Source: an uncultured Candidatus Rokubacteria bacterium (GTDB taxonomy: Bacteria > Methylomirabilota > Methylomirabilia > Rokubacteriales > DASRDR01). From it: a stretch of 64,000 nt of DNA. The notes beneath the pieces are model-generated. The model ran no database searches. It worked only from the letters and a program-made list of their open reading frames with translations, and had not been told where the DNA came from. The number at the start of each line of letters is the position of its first letter. Position 1 is the stretch's first letter. Shown here one piece after another: positions 9,967-19,399 of the stretch. The translations under genes and the position numbers were made by a program. The stretch is from contig CAWDVE010000017.1 of assembly GCA_963805625.1 (NCBI GenBank), positions 672,001 to 736,000 on the forward strand, in the 5' to 3' direction.

Positions 9967-10997
9967 TGGCCGGCAGCGACCTTCTTGAGCTCGGCGTGGA
10001 ACTCGGCGAGGATCTTGGCTGCGTCCACGCCCTTGGCGTTCGCCTCCTTGGTCCAGTCGGCGATGATCGGGGCGGAACGCTTCTGTACCTCTGCGACGAA
10101 GGCGGCGTCGGCATTGACGATCTTCATGCCGGCCTTCTTCATCGCCTCCATGCCCTTCCGATCCGCCTCATCCCAGGAACCCCCGGCGAGGCGCGCGATG
10201 TGTTCACCGGAGAGCTTCTCGATCGCGGCCTGGTCTTCCTTCGGCAGCTTCGCCCACTTGTCCTCGTTCATGAAGAAGCCGAATGCGGAGCTGTACATCC
10301 CACCCGGAAACAGCGTGGCTTGCTCGAGCACCGTTTCGAGCTTGAACGAGACGATCGACTCGATCGGGAAGAAGACACCGTCGGCGACGCCCGACTTCAA
10401 GAGCTCGAAGGACTCAGGCGCGGGCTTCACGAACGCCGAGGTGCCCAGCGCCTTCGCAACCCCCTCGGCGACGCCGCCGCCGGTGCGAATCTTGAGCCCC
10501 TGCACGTCGGCGATGCTCCGGACCGGCTTCTTGGTGAACATCTGGCCCGGACCATGCGTGAAGACGCCCAGGAGCTTGACGCCCTTGTACTCGCCGACCT
10601 GCTGCAAGTATTTCCAGTGGATGCGCGAGTAGGCCACGGAATTCACGAGGGCGGTGTCGCCCGAGCCGGGCAGCTCCGGCATGAGCGGGAGGATGTGGCG
10701 TGCCGGTGTGTAGCTGGCCGTGACGTACGAAACGTCCACGAGGCCGTCTTTGACCGCGTCGAAGGTGCCGGGCGGCGCCGAGGGATGCTTCGGCAGCATG
10801 GTGAATTTCACACGGCCGTTGGTGGCCTTCTCGACCTCGGTCGCCCACCCCTGCAAGACGACGCTGGTCAGGTGGTGCTGTGGCGACACCCACGAGGACA
10901 TCGTCAGCGTCGTCTGGGCGGGCGAGGGCTGGACCGTGGCAAGGACGGCGGCCAGACCGGCGAGCACGAGGGTCGCCAGCTTCAGCAGCTTCCGCAT
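9963..10997 (-). CDS. dctP: TRAP transporter periplasmic substrate-binding protein
   Basis: Signal peptide, 'VEKATNGRV', 'D.V.DG..D', 'GLKIR', 'FFMNEDKW.KLP'. Confidence 0.93.
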   Translation of the reverse strand: MRKLLKLATLVLAGLAAVLATVQPSPAQTTLTMSSWVSPQHHLTSVVLQGWATEVEKATNGRVKFTMLPKHPSAPPGTFDAVKDGLVDVSYVTASYTPARHILPLMPELPGSGDTALVNSVAYSRIHWKYLQQVGEYKGVKLLGVFTHGPGQMFTKKPVRSIADVQGLKIRTGGGVAEGVAKALGTSAFVKPAPESFELLKSGVADGVFFPIESIVSFKLETVLEQATLFPGGMYSSAFGFFMNEDKWAKLPKEDQAAIEKLSGEHIARLAGGSWDEADRKGMEAMKKAGMKIVNADAAFVAEVQKRSAPIIADWTKEANAKGVDAAKILAEFHAELKKVAAGQ

Positions 10998-11061
10998 GCG
11001 GGCCTCCTTGTCGTGGACATGACGGTCGATTCTCGCCCGGTAGTGTAGCAGGGGAGCCGCG

Positions 11062-12423
11062 TCACCCGATCACGGGCCACTTCGACTCGACGACGAGGCC
11101 CGCGCGGGCGATCTGCTGCCGTGCCAGGGTCTCGGCCCGCTCGTAGAGGGCCCGCTCGTCGAGCATGGTCAGGTGCCCCTCGTCGAGCACGACCCGCCCG
11201 TCGATCAGCACCGTCCGGACGCTGGCGCCCGTGGCCGCGTAGACGAGGTTGTTGACCGGGTTGAGGAGCGGGCGCCACTCGGGCACGTCGCGGTCGTAGA
11301 GAACGAGATCGGCGCGCTTCCCGGGTTCGATCGAGCCGATGGCGGTCTCCAGCAGGAGGGCCTCGGCCCCCCGGATCGTCGCCATCTCGAGCGCCCGCTC
11401 GGGCGGCATCACGGAGACGTCGAGCCGCGCGTCCTTGTAGAGGGTCGCGGCGAGGTACATGAGCCGCAGCATGTCGAAGTGGTTCGAGCCGTTGCCGCTG
11501 TCGCCGCCGAGCGAGACGCACACCCCCGCGTCGAGCATCTCGACGAACCGCCCGTGGGCCGCCAGGCCCTTGGTGTGCTTCAGCCCCGCCGTCGGACAGT
11601 GGGAGACCTTCACGCCCCGCCGCGCCAGGAGGGCGATGTCCTCGTCGTCGACGTACACCATGTGGGCGAGCTTCGTCGCGGGGGTCAGGACGCCCAGCGC
11701 CTCGAGCTCGGCCAGCGGGACGCGATCGGCCGTGCGCCGCGAAGGATGCGAGGCGAACTGCATCATGCCCCAGCCCACGCCGTAGCGCTCGGCCAGGGCC
11801 CGCGCCCCCTGCATGAGAGCCGGCGAGCACGTGCCGAAGCCCAGGAGGAGCGGCCACGCCGCGATCCGACCGCTCGCCCGGCCGTGCACGGTCTCGAGCA
11901 TCGCCTCGTTGAGCCGGAGGGCGTCGCCGGTCGTCTGCCGCATCGGCCCCGGCCCCGTGGCGAGGTCCCAGGACCACCGGCCGAGCACGGCCCGCATGCC
12001 GACGGCCTCGACCACGTTCGCGACCGCCGCCACGTCGAAGAGCGTGCCCGCCTCGCAGAACGTTGTCGTTCCGGTCCGGATCATCTCGATGCAGGCGAGG
12101 AGAGCGGACACCTGCTCTTCCTCCGGCGTGATCACGGAGTAGAGCGGGATCAGCCAATCCGGGAGATAGCGATCGACGGGGATGTCGTCGAGGAGGAGGC
12201 CCCGGTTTAGGTGCTCCGAGAGGTGAACGTGGGTGTCCACGAAGCCGGGGAGCACGACCCGGCGCCGGGCATCGATGATGCGGGCGGGCGGCCGAGGTGG
12301 GCGCACGATCCGGGCTGGCCCGACCTGGACGATGTTCCGGCCGTCCACGAGGATCGAGCCGTCGGTCAGGATCCGACGGTCCCGATCCAGGGTGATGACC
12401 GTGGCGTGCTCGATCAGGATCAT
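11062..12423 (-). CDS. Metal-dependent amidohydrolase (MtaD/SsnA/TrzA-like)
   Basis: 'LPGFVDTHVH', 'EMIRTGTT', 'HCP', 'LGGD', 'ALEMATIRGA', 'GSIEPGKRAD'. Confidence 0.92.
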   Translation of the reverse strand: MILIEHATVITLDRDRRILTDGSILVDGRNIVQVGPARIVRPPRPPARIIDARRRVVLPGFVDTHVHLSEHLNRGLLLDDIPVDRYLPDWLIPLYSVITPEEEQVSALLACIEMIRTGTTTFCEAGTLFDVAAVANVVEAVGMRAVLGRWSWDLATGPGPMRQTTGDALRLNEAMLETVHGRASGRIAAWPLLLGFGTCSPALMQGARALAERYGVGWGMMQFASHPSRRTADRVPLAELEALGVLTPATKLAHMVYVDDEDIALLARRGVKVSHCPTAGLKHTKGLAAHGRFVEMLDAGVCVSLGGDSGNGSNHFDMLRLMYLAATLYKDARLDVSVMPPERALEMATIRGAEALLLETAIGSIEPGKRADLVLYDRDVPEWRPLLNPVNNLVYAATGASVRTVLIDGRVVLDEGHLTMLDERALYERAETLARQQIARAGLVVESKWPVIG

Positions 12424-12504
12424 GACACCCGCCGGGCGCGACCGAGCTGGCGCGGGACGTGCCGGCGAGGACGGCCGGGCGCGGGGTCGCGCATGATCGG
12501 GCCG

Positions 12505-12533
12505 GGTATAGCGAATCGTCGCCGTGAGGTCAA
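12505..12533 (-). promoter_or_regulatory. Possible sigma70 promoter for the amidohydrolase-TRAP operon
   Basis: Minus strand TTGACC-N17-TATACC; the -10 box is imperfect. Confidence 0.35.
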
Positions 12534-12599
12534 GGGTGGAGCATAGCCATCCGGTGGCCGGCATCGTGCCTCGCGCTGCCTCCAGCCGTGACTACGCCC

Positions 12600-12845
12600 C
12601 GGGATCCACGGTCAACGCGGTCAACCGCTACATGCACACGGGGCCGGAGGACCGCCTACTGCACGTTGCCGCTCTTTCACGTCGCGGCCCAGAACGTCCT
12701 CATGATTGGGGGCTTCGCCGCCGCCGCCGCGCTCGTGCTCCATCGCCGCTTCGACGTCGAGCGCTGCGCCGAGGGGATCGAGGATCATCGGGCCACGGTG
12801 GTAACGGGCGTCCCGACCATCTACATCGGCCTTCCTCAATGCCGG
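12600..12845 (+). pseudogene. Internal fragment of an AMP-dependent acyl-CoA synthetase
   Basis: 'PEDR' then, after a frameshift, 'CTLPLFHVAAQNV.....F.A...LVL.RRFD.......IE.HR.T...GVPTIY..L'. Confidence 0.75.
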
Positions 12846-12856
12846 CGTGCGATCCG

Positions 12857-13972
12857 ATGACGAGGGCCGCACCCCTGTTCCGCGCCGAGCATGTCGGGAG
12901 CTTTCTCCGGCCCGACCGCCTGCTGGCCGCCGCGCGCGAGGCTCGGGCCGGCGCGCTCACCGCCGAGCGGTTTCGGGCCGTCCAGGACGAGTGCATCCGG
13001 GACGTGGTCGCGTTCCAGGAGGGCCTCGGGCTCCGGACCGTGACCGACGGCGAGTTCCGTCGGCGCAGCTGGTCGGCGGGATTCATCGACGCGGTCGACG
13101 GGTTCGGACTCCGGGAGGCTGCGCTCGGCTTCCGGGATGACACGGGCGAGCGGGGCGTCCTGCCGTCGCCTTACGCGCGGGCCCCGCTCCGGCGCGCCCG
13201 CGGCATCGCGACCGACGAGTTCGGGTTCCTGAAGGGCGCGGTGACGACGGGGCTGCCCAAGGTGACGATCCCGGCGCCCGACGTGATGCACTTCTTCCTC
13301 GGCCCCCGGAGCGTCGACCCCGAGGTGTACCCCGACCTCGAGCGGTATTATGCGGATCTCGTCGCCATCTACCGGGCGGAGCTGCGGGATCTGGTGGGGC
13401 TGGGCTGCACCGCCCTCCAGCTCGACGACACGGCGCTGCCTTGCAACTGCGATGACCGGGTGCGCGCCGACGTTCGGGCTCGCGGAGAGGATCCGGACGC
13501 GCTCACCCTGCGCTACGTGGGCCTCATCAACGACGCGCTGGCGGCGTGTCCGCCCGGCGTCGTGCGGTCCGTACACATGTGCCGCGGCAATCTCAAGGGC
13601 GCCTGGATGGCCCAGGGAGGCTACGAGCCGATCGCCGAGGCGGTGTTCGGCAGCCTGGCCGTCGACGCCTTCCTCCTCGAGTTCGACAGCCCGCGCGCGG
13701 GTGATTTCCGGGCGCTCCGCTTCGTCCCCGCGCCGAGGCGCGTCGTCCTCGGGCTGGTCAGCACGAAGACGCCCGCGCTCAAATCGGCTGACGCGCTCAA
13801 GCGCCGGATCGACGAGGCCGCGCGCTATGTGCCCCTCGAGCGGCTCGGGCTCTCACCGCAGTGCGGATTCAGCTCGGCTCCCGGGTCGGGCCAGCCCATC
13901 ACCCCCGACGACCAGCGCCGGAAGCTGGAGCTCGTGCTCGCCGTGGCCCGGGACGTGTGGGGGACGGACTGA
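12857..13972 (+). CDS. Cobalamin-independent methionine synthase II family (single-barrel, Zn-dependent)
   Basis: 'FRAEHVGSFLRP', 'TDGEFRR', zinc ligands 'HMCRGN', 'LLEFD', 'SPQCGFSS'. Confidence 0.92.
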   Translation: MTRAAPLFRAEHVGSFLRPDRLLAAAREARAGALTAERFRAVQDECIRDVVAFQEGLGLRTVTDGEFRRRSWSAGFIDAVDGFGLREAALGFRDDTGERGVLPSPYARAPLRRARGIATDEFGFLKGAVTTGLPKVTIPAPDVMHFFLGPRSVDPEVYPDLERYYADLVAIYRAELRDLVGLGCTALQLDDTALPCNCDDRVRADVRARGEDPDALTLRYVGLINDALAACPPGVVRSVHMCRGNLKGAWMAQGGYEPIAEAVFGSLAVDAFLLEFDSPRAGDFRALRFVPAPRRVVLGLVSTKTPALKSADALKRRIDEAARYVPLERLGLSPQCGFSSAPGSGQPITPDDQRRKLELVLAVARDVWGTD

Positions 13973-14002
13973 GCCCTCGAGGTCGCAGGCCCGCGTAGCT
14001 CT

Positions 14003-14482
14003 CTAGATCGGAGCGGGCTGACGCCGACGCGGCCGGACCACCCGCACGGTCTCCCGGTCGACGCTCGGGCGAGGCGGGCTCTCCGGCTTCGCGGCTGCGG
14101 CCGACTGCTGGTACACGGCCGCGCTCGGCCGCGGACGTCGGCGGTCAGTGCGGCGACGCTCCTCGGCCGTCGGCCCGGCGGCGGTGCGGCGGCGTTGGCC
14201 GACGCGCCGCTCGTAGACAACCTCCACCCCGGTGCCCGCCAGCGCCTGCCGCAGGACCCGGTAGAGATCCCGCTGATGGTGCTGGACGATGAGGATCCAT
14301 TGGCTGGCGGCCGGCGTCGTCGCCTCTCCGTGACGCGACGCGTCGACCTTGCCGTCGTCCATTGGACGGAACCAGCTTGCGAGCGGGACCGTGCCGTCCC
14401 GATCACACCAGGGGCAGGTCAGGTCGTCGGTCAGACAGTCACAATCCAAGCACAGCCGCGCCCGTTTGAGGGGCAGAGCCAT
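14003..14482 (-). CDS. Hypothetical protein: N-terminal Zn ribbon plus Arg-rich ERR/DRR region
   Basis: 'CLDC...CPWC', then 'VEVVYERRVGQRR.......EERRRTDRR'. Confidence 0.7.
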   Translation of the reverse strand: MALPLKRARLCLDCDCLTDDLTCPWCDRDGTVPLASWFRPMDDGKVDASRHGEATTPAASQWILIVQHHQRDLYRVLRQALAGTGVEVVYERRVGQRRRTAAGPTAEERRRTDRRRPRPSAAVYQQSAAAAKPESPPRPSVDRETVRVVRPRRRQPAPI

Positions 14483-15232
14483 GGATCGAACGAGCCCTCC
14501 GGTCATTGGGCTGCCAGTGTCCCTATCCAGAATGCAAGGGCGGGGCCACGGAGGGGATGTCCGCAACCCGTCGGAATCATGGCCGTGCCGCCAGGTAGAA
14601 GGACGGGGAGCGCTCGCAGGTTGGCTCGGTCGTTGCCAGAATCCGTCAGTGGAGTGGCGTGAACCGGATCGACCGGACGAAGATCTCGCTTTCTCCGTCC
14701 GCGCGGGCCGAGGGGGGGCCTTCCGGCGGGCCGCTTGCTCCAGCCGATGATGACGATGCGCCCGGGTCGGGGGGATACCGACAGTCGAACCCGCGCGTGG
14801 TCATCATCGGGACGTGTTGACGCAGGGTGGCTCCGCCTTCCTTTTCACTGGCGTGCTCGGTCTTGAGCTCCCTCATCCCGATCACGCATTCGGGCTCCCG
14901 GCGTTGGACCTGGTCGAGAGCGTGCTGTTTGAACCCGACGAGGCTCTCCGCTCGGGTGGTCGTGCCTTCACGTCGGGGATCCAAACCGTGCCTGGACCGA
15001 GAGCCTCGGAGGAGTATCGGGCCAGATCCACCCGCGAGATCCGTGTCCAGCCGTCGAGTGGGCTTGACGCCCCTCGGGTGAGCGTGGTCTGTTCCCTGGA
15101 GGAGCCGATCCCGAGGGTCGAGGCGCGGTGCGGGAACATTCGGGCGCCGACGGCCGTTGCCTCAGCAGAGGCCCTGGCCTCCACGTCGCAAAAGCGCGAA
15201 AACCATCAAACCCTAAACCGGGAGGGGACACT

Positions 15233-16039
15233 ATGGCGATCGGATGGCGCTGGGTATTCGGCGGGGTACTGGCCACAATGCTGGCCGCGTGGGCGGGCCA
15301 GGCGCCCGCGCAGTCGGGCGCGGTCAAGATGGAGTGGCTGTCGTGGTCCATCTTCCGGTTCACGTCACCGGGCGGCAAGATCATCGTGACGAACCCGTTC
15401 GTCACGAACCCGGACAGCCCGGTGAAGGTGCCGGACTTCCCGAAGGTCGACGTCATCCTCGTCGCCGACGGACACCCCGACGAGGTCGGCTCCACCCACG
15501 AGATCGCGATCCAGACCGGGGCGAAGATCGTCACGCCCCACGAGATGTGGTTCAACTACTTCCAGCCGCGCAACGTTCCCGAGGCGCAGATGTTCCGGAG
15601 CCAGCCCGGTGACTGGCTCAAGCTCGACGGCCTGACGATCCGCAATGTCAACTCCGTGCACGGGGCGGGGGGGCCGGACAAGCTGTCCGGCGGACCGGCC
15701 ATGGGGTTCATGATCCAGTTCGAGAATGGCCTGACGGTCTACTTCGCGGGTAGCACGGCCCTGACCATGGACATGCAGCTCTGGGGCATGCTCTACAAGC
15801 CCGACGTGGCGATCCTTCCCCTGAACGCAAACCGGGATCCACAGGACATGGTCCACATGGTCCGGCTCCTCCGCACGGAGAACCCGAACCTGAAGACGAT
15901 CATCCCCCACCACCATCGGCTCCAGCCGCCTCCCGGCGCGCCGACGCCGGCGGTGCTGGAGGCCACGCTCAAAGCGGCCGGGCTCCCGGTGACCGTGCTC
16001 AACCCCGATCTCAGGAAGGTGTACGAGCTGACGAAGTAG
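15233..16039 (+). CDS. Secreted MBL-fold metallo-hydrolase-like protein (UPF0173-like), copy 1
   Basis: GGAGG RBS, Sec signal ending APA-Q, 'DVILVADGHPDEVG', 'SVHG', 'GFMI.FENG.TVYFAGST', 'PDVAILP', 'IPHHH'. Confidence 0.85.
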   Translation: MAIGWRWVFGGVLATMLAAWAGQAPAQSGAVKMEWLSWSIFRFTSPGGKIIVTNPFVTNPDSPVKVPDFPKVDVILVADGHPDEVGSTHEIAIQTGAKIVTPHEMWFNYFQPRNVPEAQMFRSQPGDWLKLDGLTIRNVNSVHGAGGPDKLSGGPAMGFMIQFENGLTVYFAGSTALTMDMQLWGMLYKPDVAILPLNANRDPQDMVHMVRLLRTENPNLKTIIPHHHRLQPPPGAPTPAVLEATLKAAGLPVTVLNPDLRKVYELTK

Positions 16040-16047
16040 AGGAGGAC

Positions 16048-16123
16048 GGGGTCAGGCCTTGACTTTGACTTCGCGGCTATGCTTCGCGCGAACCTGCCGA
16101 CGACAAAGTCAAGGCCTGAGCCC
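16048..16123. repeat. Inverted-repeat (REP/REPIN- or MITE-like) element, copy 1
   Basis: 20-bp arms GGGGTCAGGCCTTGACTTTG / CAAAGTCAAGGCCTGAGCCC with 1 mismatch. Confidence 0.85.
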
Positions 16124-16146
16124 ATTCACTGCCAGGAGGGGAGATC

Positions 16147-16953
16147 ATGTCGAACGGATGGCGTTGGGCGATCGGCGGAGCACTAGCCGTGATGCTGGCT
16201 GCGTGGGCAGGTCAGGCGCCGGCGCAGTCGGGCGCGGTCAAGATGGAGTGGCTGTCGTGGTCCATCTTCCGGTTCACGTCGCCGGGCGGCAAGGTCATCG
16301 TGACGAATCCGTTCGTCACGAACCCGGACAGCCCGGTCAAGGTGCCAGACTTCCCGAAGGTCGACGTCATCCTGGTCGCCGACGGGCATGGCGACGAGGT
16401 CGGCTCCACCCACGAGATCGCGATCCAGACCGGGGCGAGGATCGTCACGCCTGGCGAGATGTGGACCACCTACTTCCAGCCGCGCAACGTCCCCGAGGCG
16501 CAGGTGTACCGGAGCAACCCCGGCGACTGGCTCAAGCTCGATGGCCTGACCGTTCGTAACGTAGGCGCGGTGCACGGGTCGGGGACGCCCGACAAGCTGT
16601 ACGGCGGGCCGGCCATGGGGTTCATGATCCACTTCGAGAACGGCCTGACCGTCTACTTCGCTGGCAGCACGGCCTTGACCATGGACATGCAACTCTGGGG
16701 GATGCTCTACAAGCCCGACGTGGCGATCCTCCCCCTGAAGGCCAACAGCGATCCGCAGGACGTCGTCCACATGGTCCGGCTCCTCCGCACCGAGAACCCG
16801 AACCTGAAGACCGTGATCCCCCACCACCACCGGCTCCAGGTGCCGCCGGGGGGGACGACGCCGGCGATGATGGAGGCCGCGCTCAAAGCGGCCGGGCTCC
16901 CCGTGACCGTGCTCAACCCCGATCTCAGGAAGGTGTATGAGCTGACCAAGTAG
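16147..16953 (+). CDS. Secreted MBL-fold metallo-hydrolase-like protein, copy 2 (tandem paralog)
   Basis: Colinear and highly similar to 15233-16039; 'DVILVADGHGDEVG'. Confidence 0.87.
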   Translation: MSNGWRWAIGGALAVMLAAWAGQAPAQSGAVKMEWLSWSIFRFTSPGGKVIVTNPFVTNPDSPVKVPDFPKVDVILVADGHGDEVGSTHEIAIQTGARIVTPGEMWTTYFQPRNVPEAQVYRSNPGDWLKLDGLTVRNVGAVHGSGTPDKLYGGPAMGFMIHFENGLTVYFAGSTALTMDMQLWGMLYKPDVAILPLKANSDPQDVVHMVRLLRTENPNLKTVIPHHHRLQVPPGGTTPAMMEAALKAAGLPVTVLNPDLRKVYELTK

Positions 16954-16958
16954 CGACA

Positions 16959-17038
16959 CGGGGTCAGGCCTTGACTTTGACTTCGGGCGGCTACCCGCCG
17001 CGCAAACCGGCCAACGACAACGTCAAGGCCTGACCCCG
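16959..17038. repeat. Inverted-repeat (REP/REPIN- or MITE-like) element, copy 2
   Basis: 21-bp arms CGGGGTCAGGCCTTGACTTTG / CAACGTCAAGGCCTGACCCCG with 1 mismatch; lies between convergent genes. Confidence 0.85.
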
Positions 17039-17039
17039 C

Positions 17040-17381
17040 TCAGTCGCAGCGCTTCAGGAAGATGTCCCACAGCTTGGCCGGGCGCCCGCTCTCGTTGCGG
17101 ACGTCGTGGGGAGTGAGGCCCGGCATCCAGTAGACGCCGCCGGGGGCGAGCTGCTGCCGCCCCGTCGGGCTCTCCACGGTCAGGTCGCCCTCGACGACGA
17201 TCCCGATCTCCGACTCGATCCCCTGATGCCGGCCGGTGGCGCCGCCGGGCGTGAAAGTCAGGAGCGTCACGCGGATCGACGCGTTCTCCAGTATCACCTG
17301 GCTCGTGGGCAGCTGCGCCGACGCGACCAGCGGGAACAGCGCGCCCGCGAGGATTGCGAGCGCCACGAAGGCCGTCTTCAT
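17040..17381 (-). CDS. Secreted cupin-domain protein
   Basis: Signal peptide; 'PGGATGRH......GIVVEG.L.V......L.PG...W.PG..PH...N'. Confidence 0.85.
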   Translation of the reverse strand: MKTAFVALAILAGALFPLVASAQLPTSQVILENASIRVTLLTFTPGGATGRHQGIESEIGIVVEGDLTVESPTGRQQLAPGGVYWMPGLTPHDVRNESGRPAKLWDIFLKRCD

Positions 17382-17476
17382 CTTGTCTCTCTCCTTTGTT
17401 GGTGCGGTCGTCGCGCTCCGGGCTGGGCCGCGCGGATGCCCTGCGGCCGTGGAGCGCGTGGTCGCCTGAGGGCAAC

Positions 17477-19006
17477 CTACCTCGATTCGACGATGGGTTG
17501 GGCGATGATCCAGAGGCTCACCACCGTGTACCCCACCATGAGCACGAGCATCGGCAGCTGGCTGCGGAGCGCCGCCCGCCGGTCCCGGAACTCGCGGAGG
17601 GCGACGACGTGGGCGACGTACACCGCGATGACGTGACCGATGACGATCGCGACGACCGCCGTGTACCAGACGGCACGGGCGCCCACGATCCCGATGTCGG
17701 GCCGGTACCGCGCGGTGCCGAAGAGGTCCCAGCCCCATCCGAAGGGATCGGAAGCGAGCCGGATCAGGAGCTGGCCCTGGATCAGGAGATACGTGAAGTA
17801 GTGGGCCAGGTGGTACGCGATCGCGATCGGCACCAGCGAGAGCACGAAGAGGCGGGCCACCGTGCCCGTGGAGAGCTGATCCTCGCCCATCCACGCCATC
17901 CAGCGCGCGAACCCCAGGTACACGAGCACGAAGAGGAGCGGGAAGGCCAGGAGGCCGAGCGTGCCGATGACGGTGAGCCGCGCCTCGCCGAGCGGCGCCA
18001 GCACCGCGTAGAGGGCGCCCTCCAGGTTCGCCCACGCCGGCGTTGCGGTGAATCCGTCGAACGTCACCGTCGAGAGCAGGACCAGCACGAACACGACCAT
18101 CGACGGCGACACGTCCGCGGTGTTGAGCAGTCCGGCCGCGAAGGGGCGCACGTTCCACTCGCGGCGGGCGGGGGCGGCTCGCTCGAAGCACGACCCGCAA
18201 TCGAGGCACTCGTCGTCTCGCCCGGCGCAGGAGAGCTCGCATCGCCGGCAGGCCTCGCGGTCCAGGACGCGGATCTCGGTCGGGGCGAAGCGGGCGAGGA
18301 CCCCGAAGGCCGTCGCGAAAGGGTCCCCGTAACGCAGCCATGTCGCGCGGCCAAAGAGCGCCATGCCGATCCAGGTGAGCACTGAGTATGCGATGATCAG
18401 CTTTCCGAGCTGGGCGGGGATACTCCGGCCCGTATACACCAGCTCGACCCAGGCGAAGGCTAGGAAGAGCCCGACCGCCGGCCAGACGCCCGATCCCGCC
18501 GGATAGCGGCGTGTCACCCGTCGCGATCCGAGAAGCGCTTCGCCCCAGCCGAAAAGCGCGGCCCAGGGGTTGACCACCGCCCACAGGTTCCCGACGAGCG
18601 CCGAGAGATAGGCGAACCCCACCCACCATGCCACCCAGATGAACGTCGGGGCGATGTTGCGAGTCGGGCTCTGGTCGCCGACCAAGCTCGCGGCCAGGAT
18701 CAGGGCGAGCACGCCGACCGAGACCAGGCGGGCGGCGAGCCGGACCCGGCTGCAGGCCAGGACGCGTCCGAGGGGAAAGCGCAGCAGGTTCAGCCGCCAG
18801 TAGCCGCGCACGCCGGGGCTTGCCTTGACGAAGAGCCCGATGACCACGAACGAGAGGGCGACGGCGGCGGCCGCCGCCGCGGCCCAGAGCCAGAGCGGGA
18901 CGGGCAGGTCGTAGCGCTGGCCGAATCCGTGCGCCAGGGCCTCCCCGGGCTGAAGCGTGAGGAGGGCCGACCCTCCCCAGGCCAGGCGGCGTCGACGCGC
19001 GGTCAC
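17477..19006 (-). CDS. Polytopic membrane protein of the 'fenitrothion hydrolase FedB-like' group with a Cys-rich loop
   Basis: 'ALAHGFGQRYDLPVPLW', 'N.AP..WV.WWVG', 'W...NPW', 'FAWVEL', 'TVTFDG', 'SLVPIA.AYH.AHY', 'SDPFG.GW.LFGT', 'SQ.PM..LMV.YT..SLW'. Confidence 0.75.
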   Translation of the reverse strand: MTARRRRLAWGGSALLTLQPGEALAHGFGQRYDLPVPLWLWAAAAAAAVALSFVVIGLFVKASPGVRGYWRLNLLRFPLGRVLACSRVRLAARLVSVGVLALILAASLVGDQSPTRNIAPTFIWVAWWVGFAYLSALVGNLWAVVNPWAALFGWGEALLGSRRVTRRYPAGSGVWPAVGLFLAFAWVELVYTGRSIPAQLGKLIIAYSVLTWIGMALFGRATWLRYGDPFATAFGVLARFAPTEIRVLDREACRRCELSCAGRDDECLDCGSCFERAAPARREWNVRPFAAGLLNTADVSPSMVVFVLVLLSTVTFDGFTATPAWANLEGALYAVLAPLGEARLTVIGTLGLLAFPLLFVLVYLGFARWMAWMGEDQLSTGTVARLFVLSLVPIAIAYHLAHYFTYLLIQGQLLIRLASDPFGWGWDLFGTARYRPDIGIVGARAVWYTAVVAIVIGHVIAVYVAHVVALREFRDRRAALRSQLPMLVLMVGYTVVSLWIIAQPIVESR

Positions 19007-19028
19007 CGAAGTCCGGTGGGGGAGGAGG

Positions 19029-19379
19029 TCAGCGGGGATGAACTTCGAGATGGCCGACCGTGCGCTCGGTGCCGGGCCCGTGAATCTCGAGCGGGAAGCG
19101 CCCGGTCGCGCGGGCGGTGAAGCGCAGCTCGGTCGGCGTCTGGGGCACGAGCCGGGCCTCGAGGTCGTAGCCGTGGAGGTGCAGCGTGAACGGCTTGTCA
19201 GTCGTCCACTTGAGCGTGACCTCGTCGCCCTGCCGGACCCGGACGAGCCGCTGGCTCTCCGGAAGCCGGCCGTCCTTGAGCGCGAGATCGAAGAGACGCG
19301 GCTCGGCCACGGCCCCGCCGATCGCGATGAGGGCGACCACCGCGGTGGGGAGCATCGACCAGGCGCGCCGTCTCGTCAC
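19029..19379 (-). CDS. Small exported cupredoxin-domain protein
   Basis: Signal peptide; 'RVRQGDEV.L.W..D....HLHGYD', 'F.A..TGRFP.E.H'. Confidence 0.8.
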   Translation of the reverse strand: MTRRRAWSMLPTAVVALIAIGGAVAEPRLFDLALKDGRLPESQRLVRVRQGDEVTLKWTTDKPFTLHLHGYDLEARLVPQTPTELRFTARATGRFPLEIHGPGTERTVGHLEVHPR

Positions 19380-19399
19380 GATGGCTCCCTCGCCCCGGC

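Noticed and set aside
14646-15184. Candidate small ORFs upstream of the MBL pair
   Set aside because: No convincing RBS, codon bias or motif; at most unidentifiable remnants.
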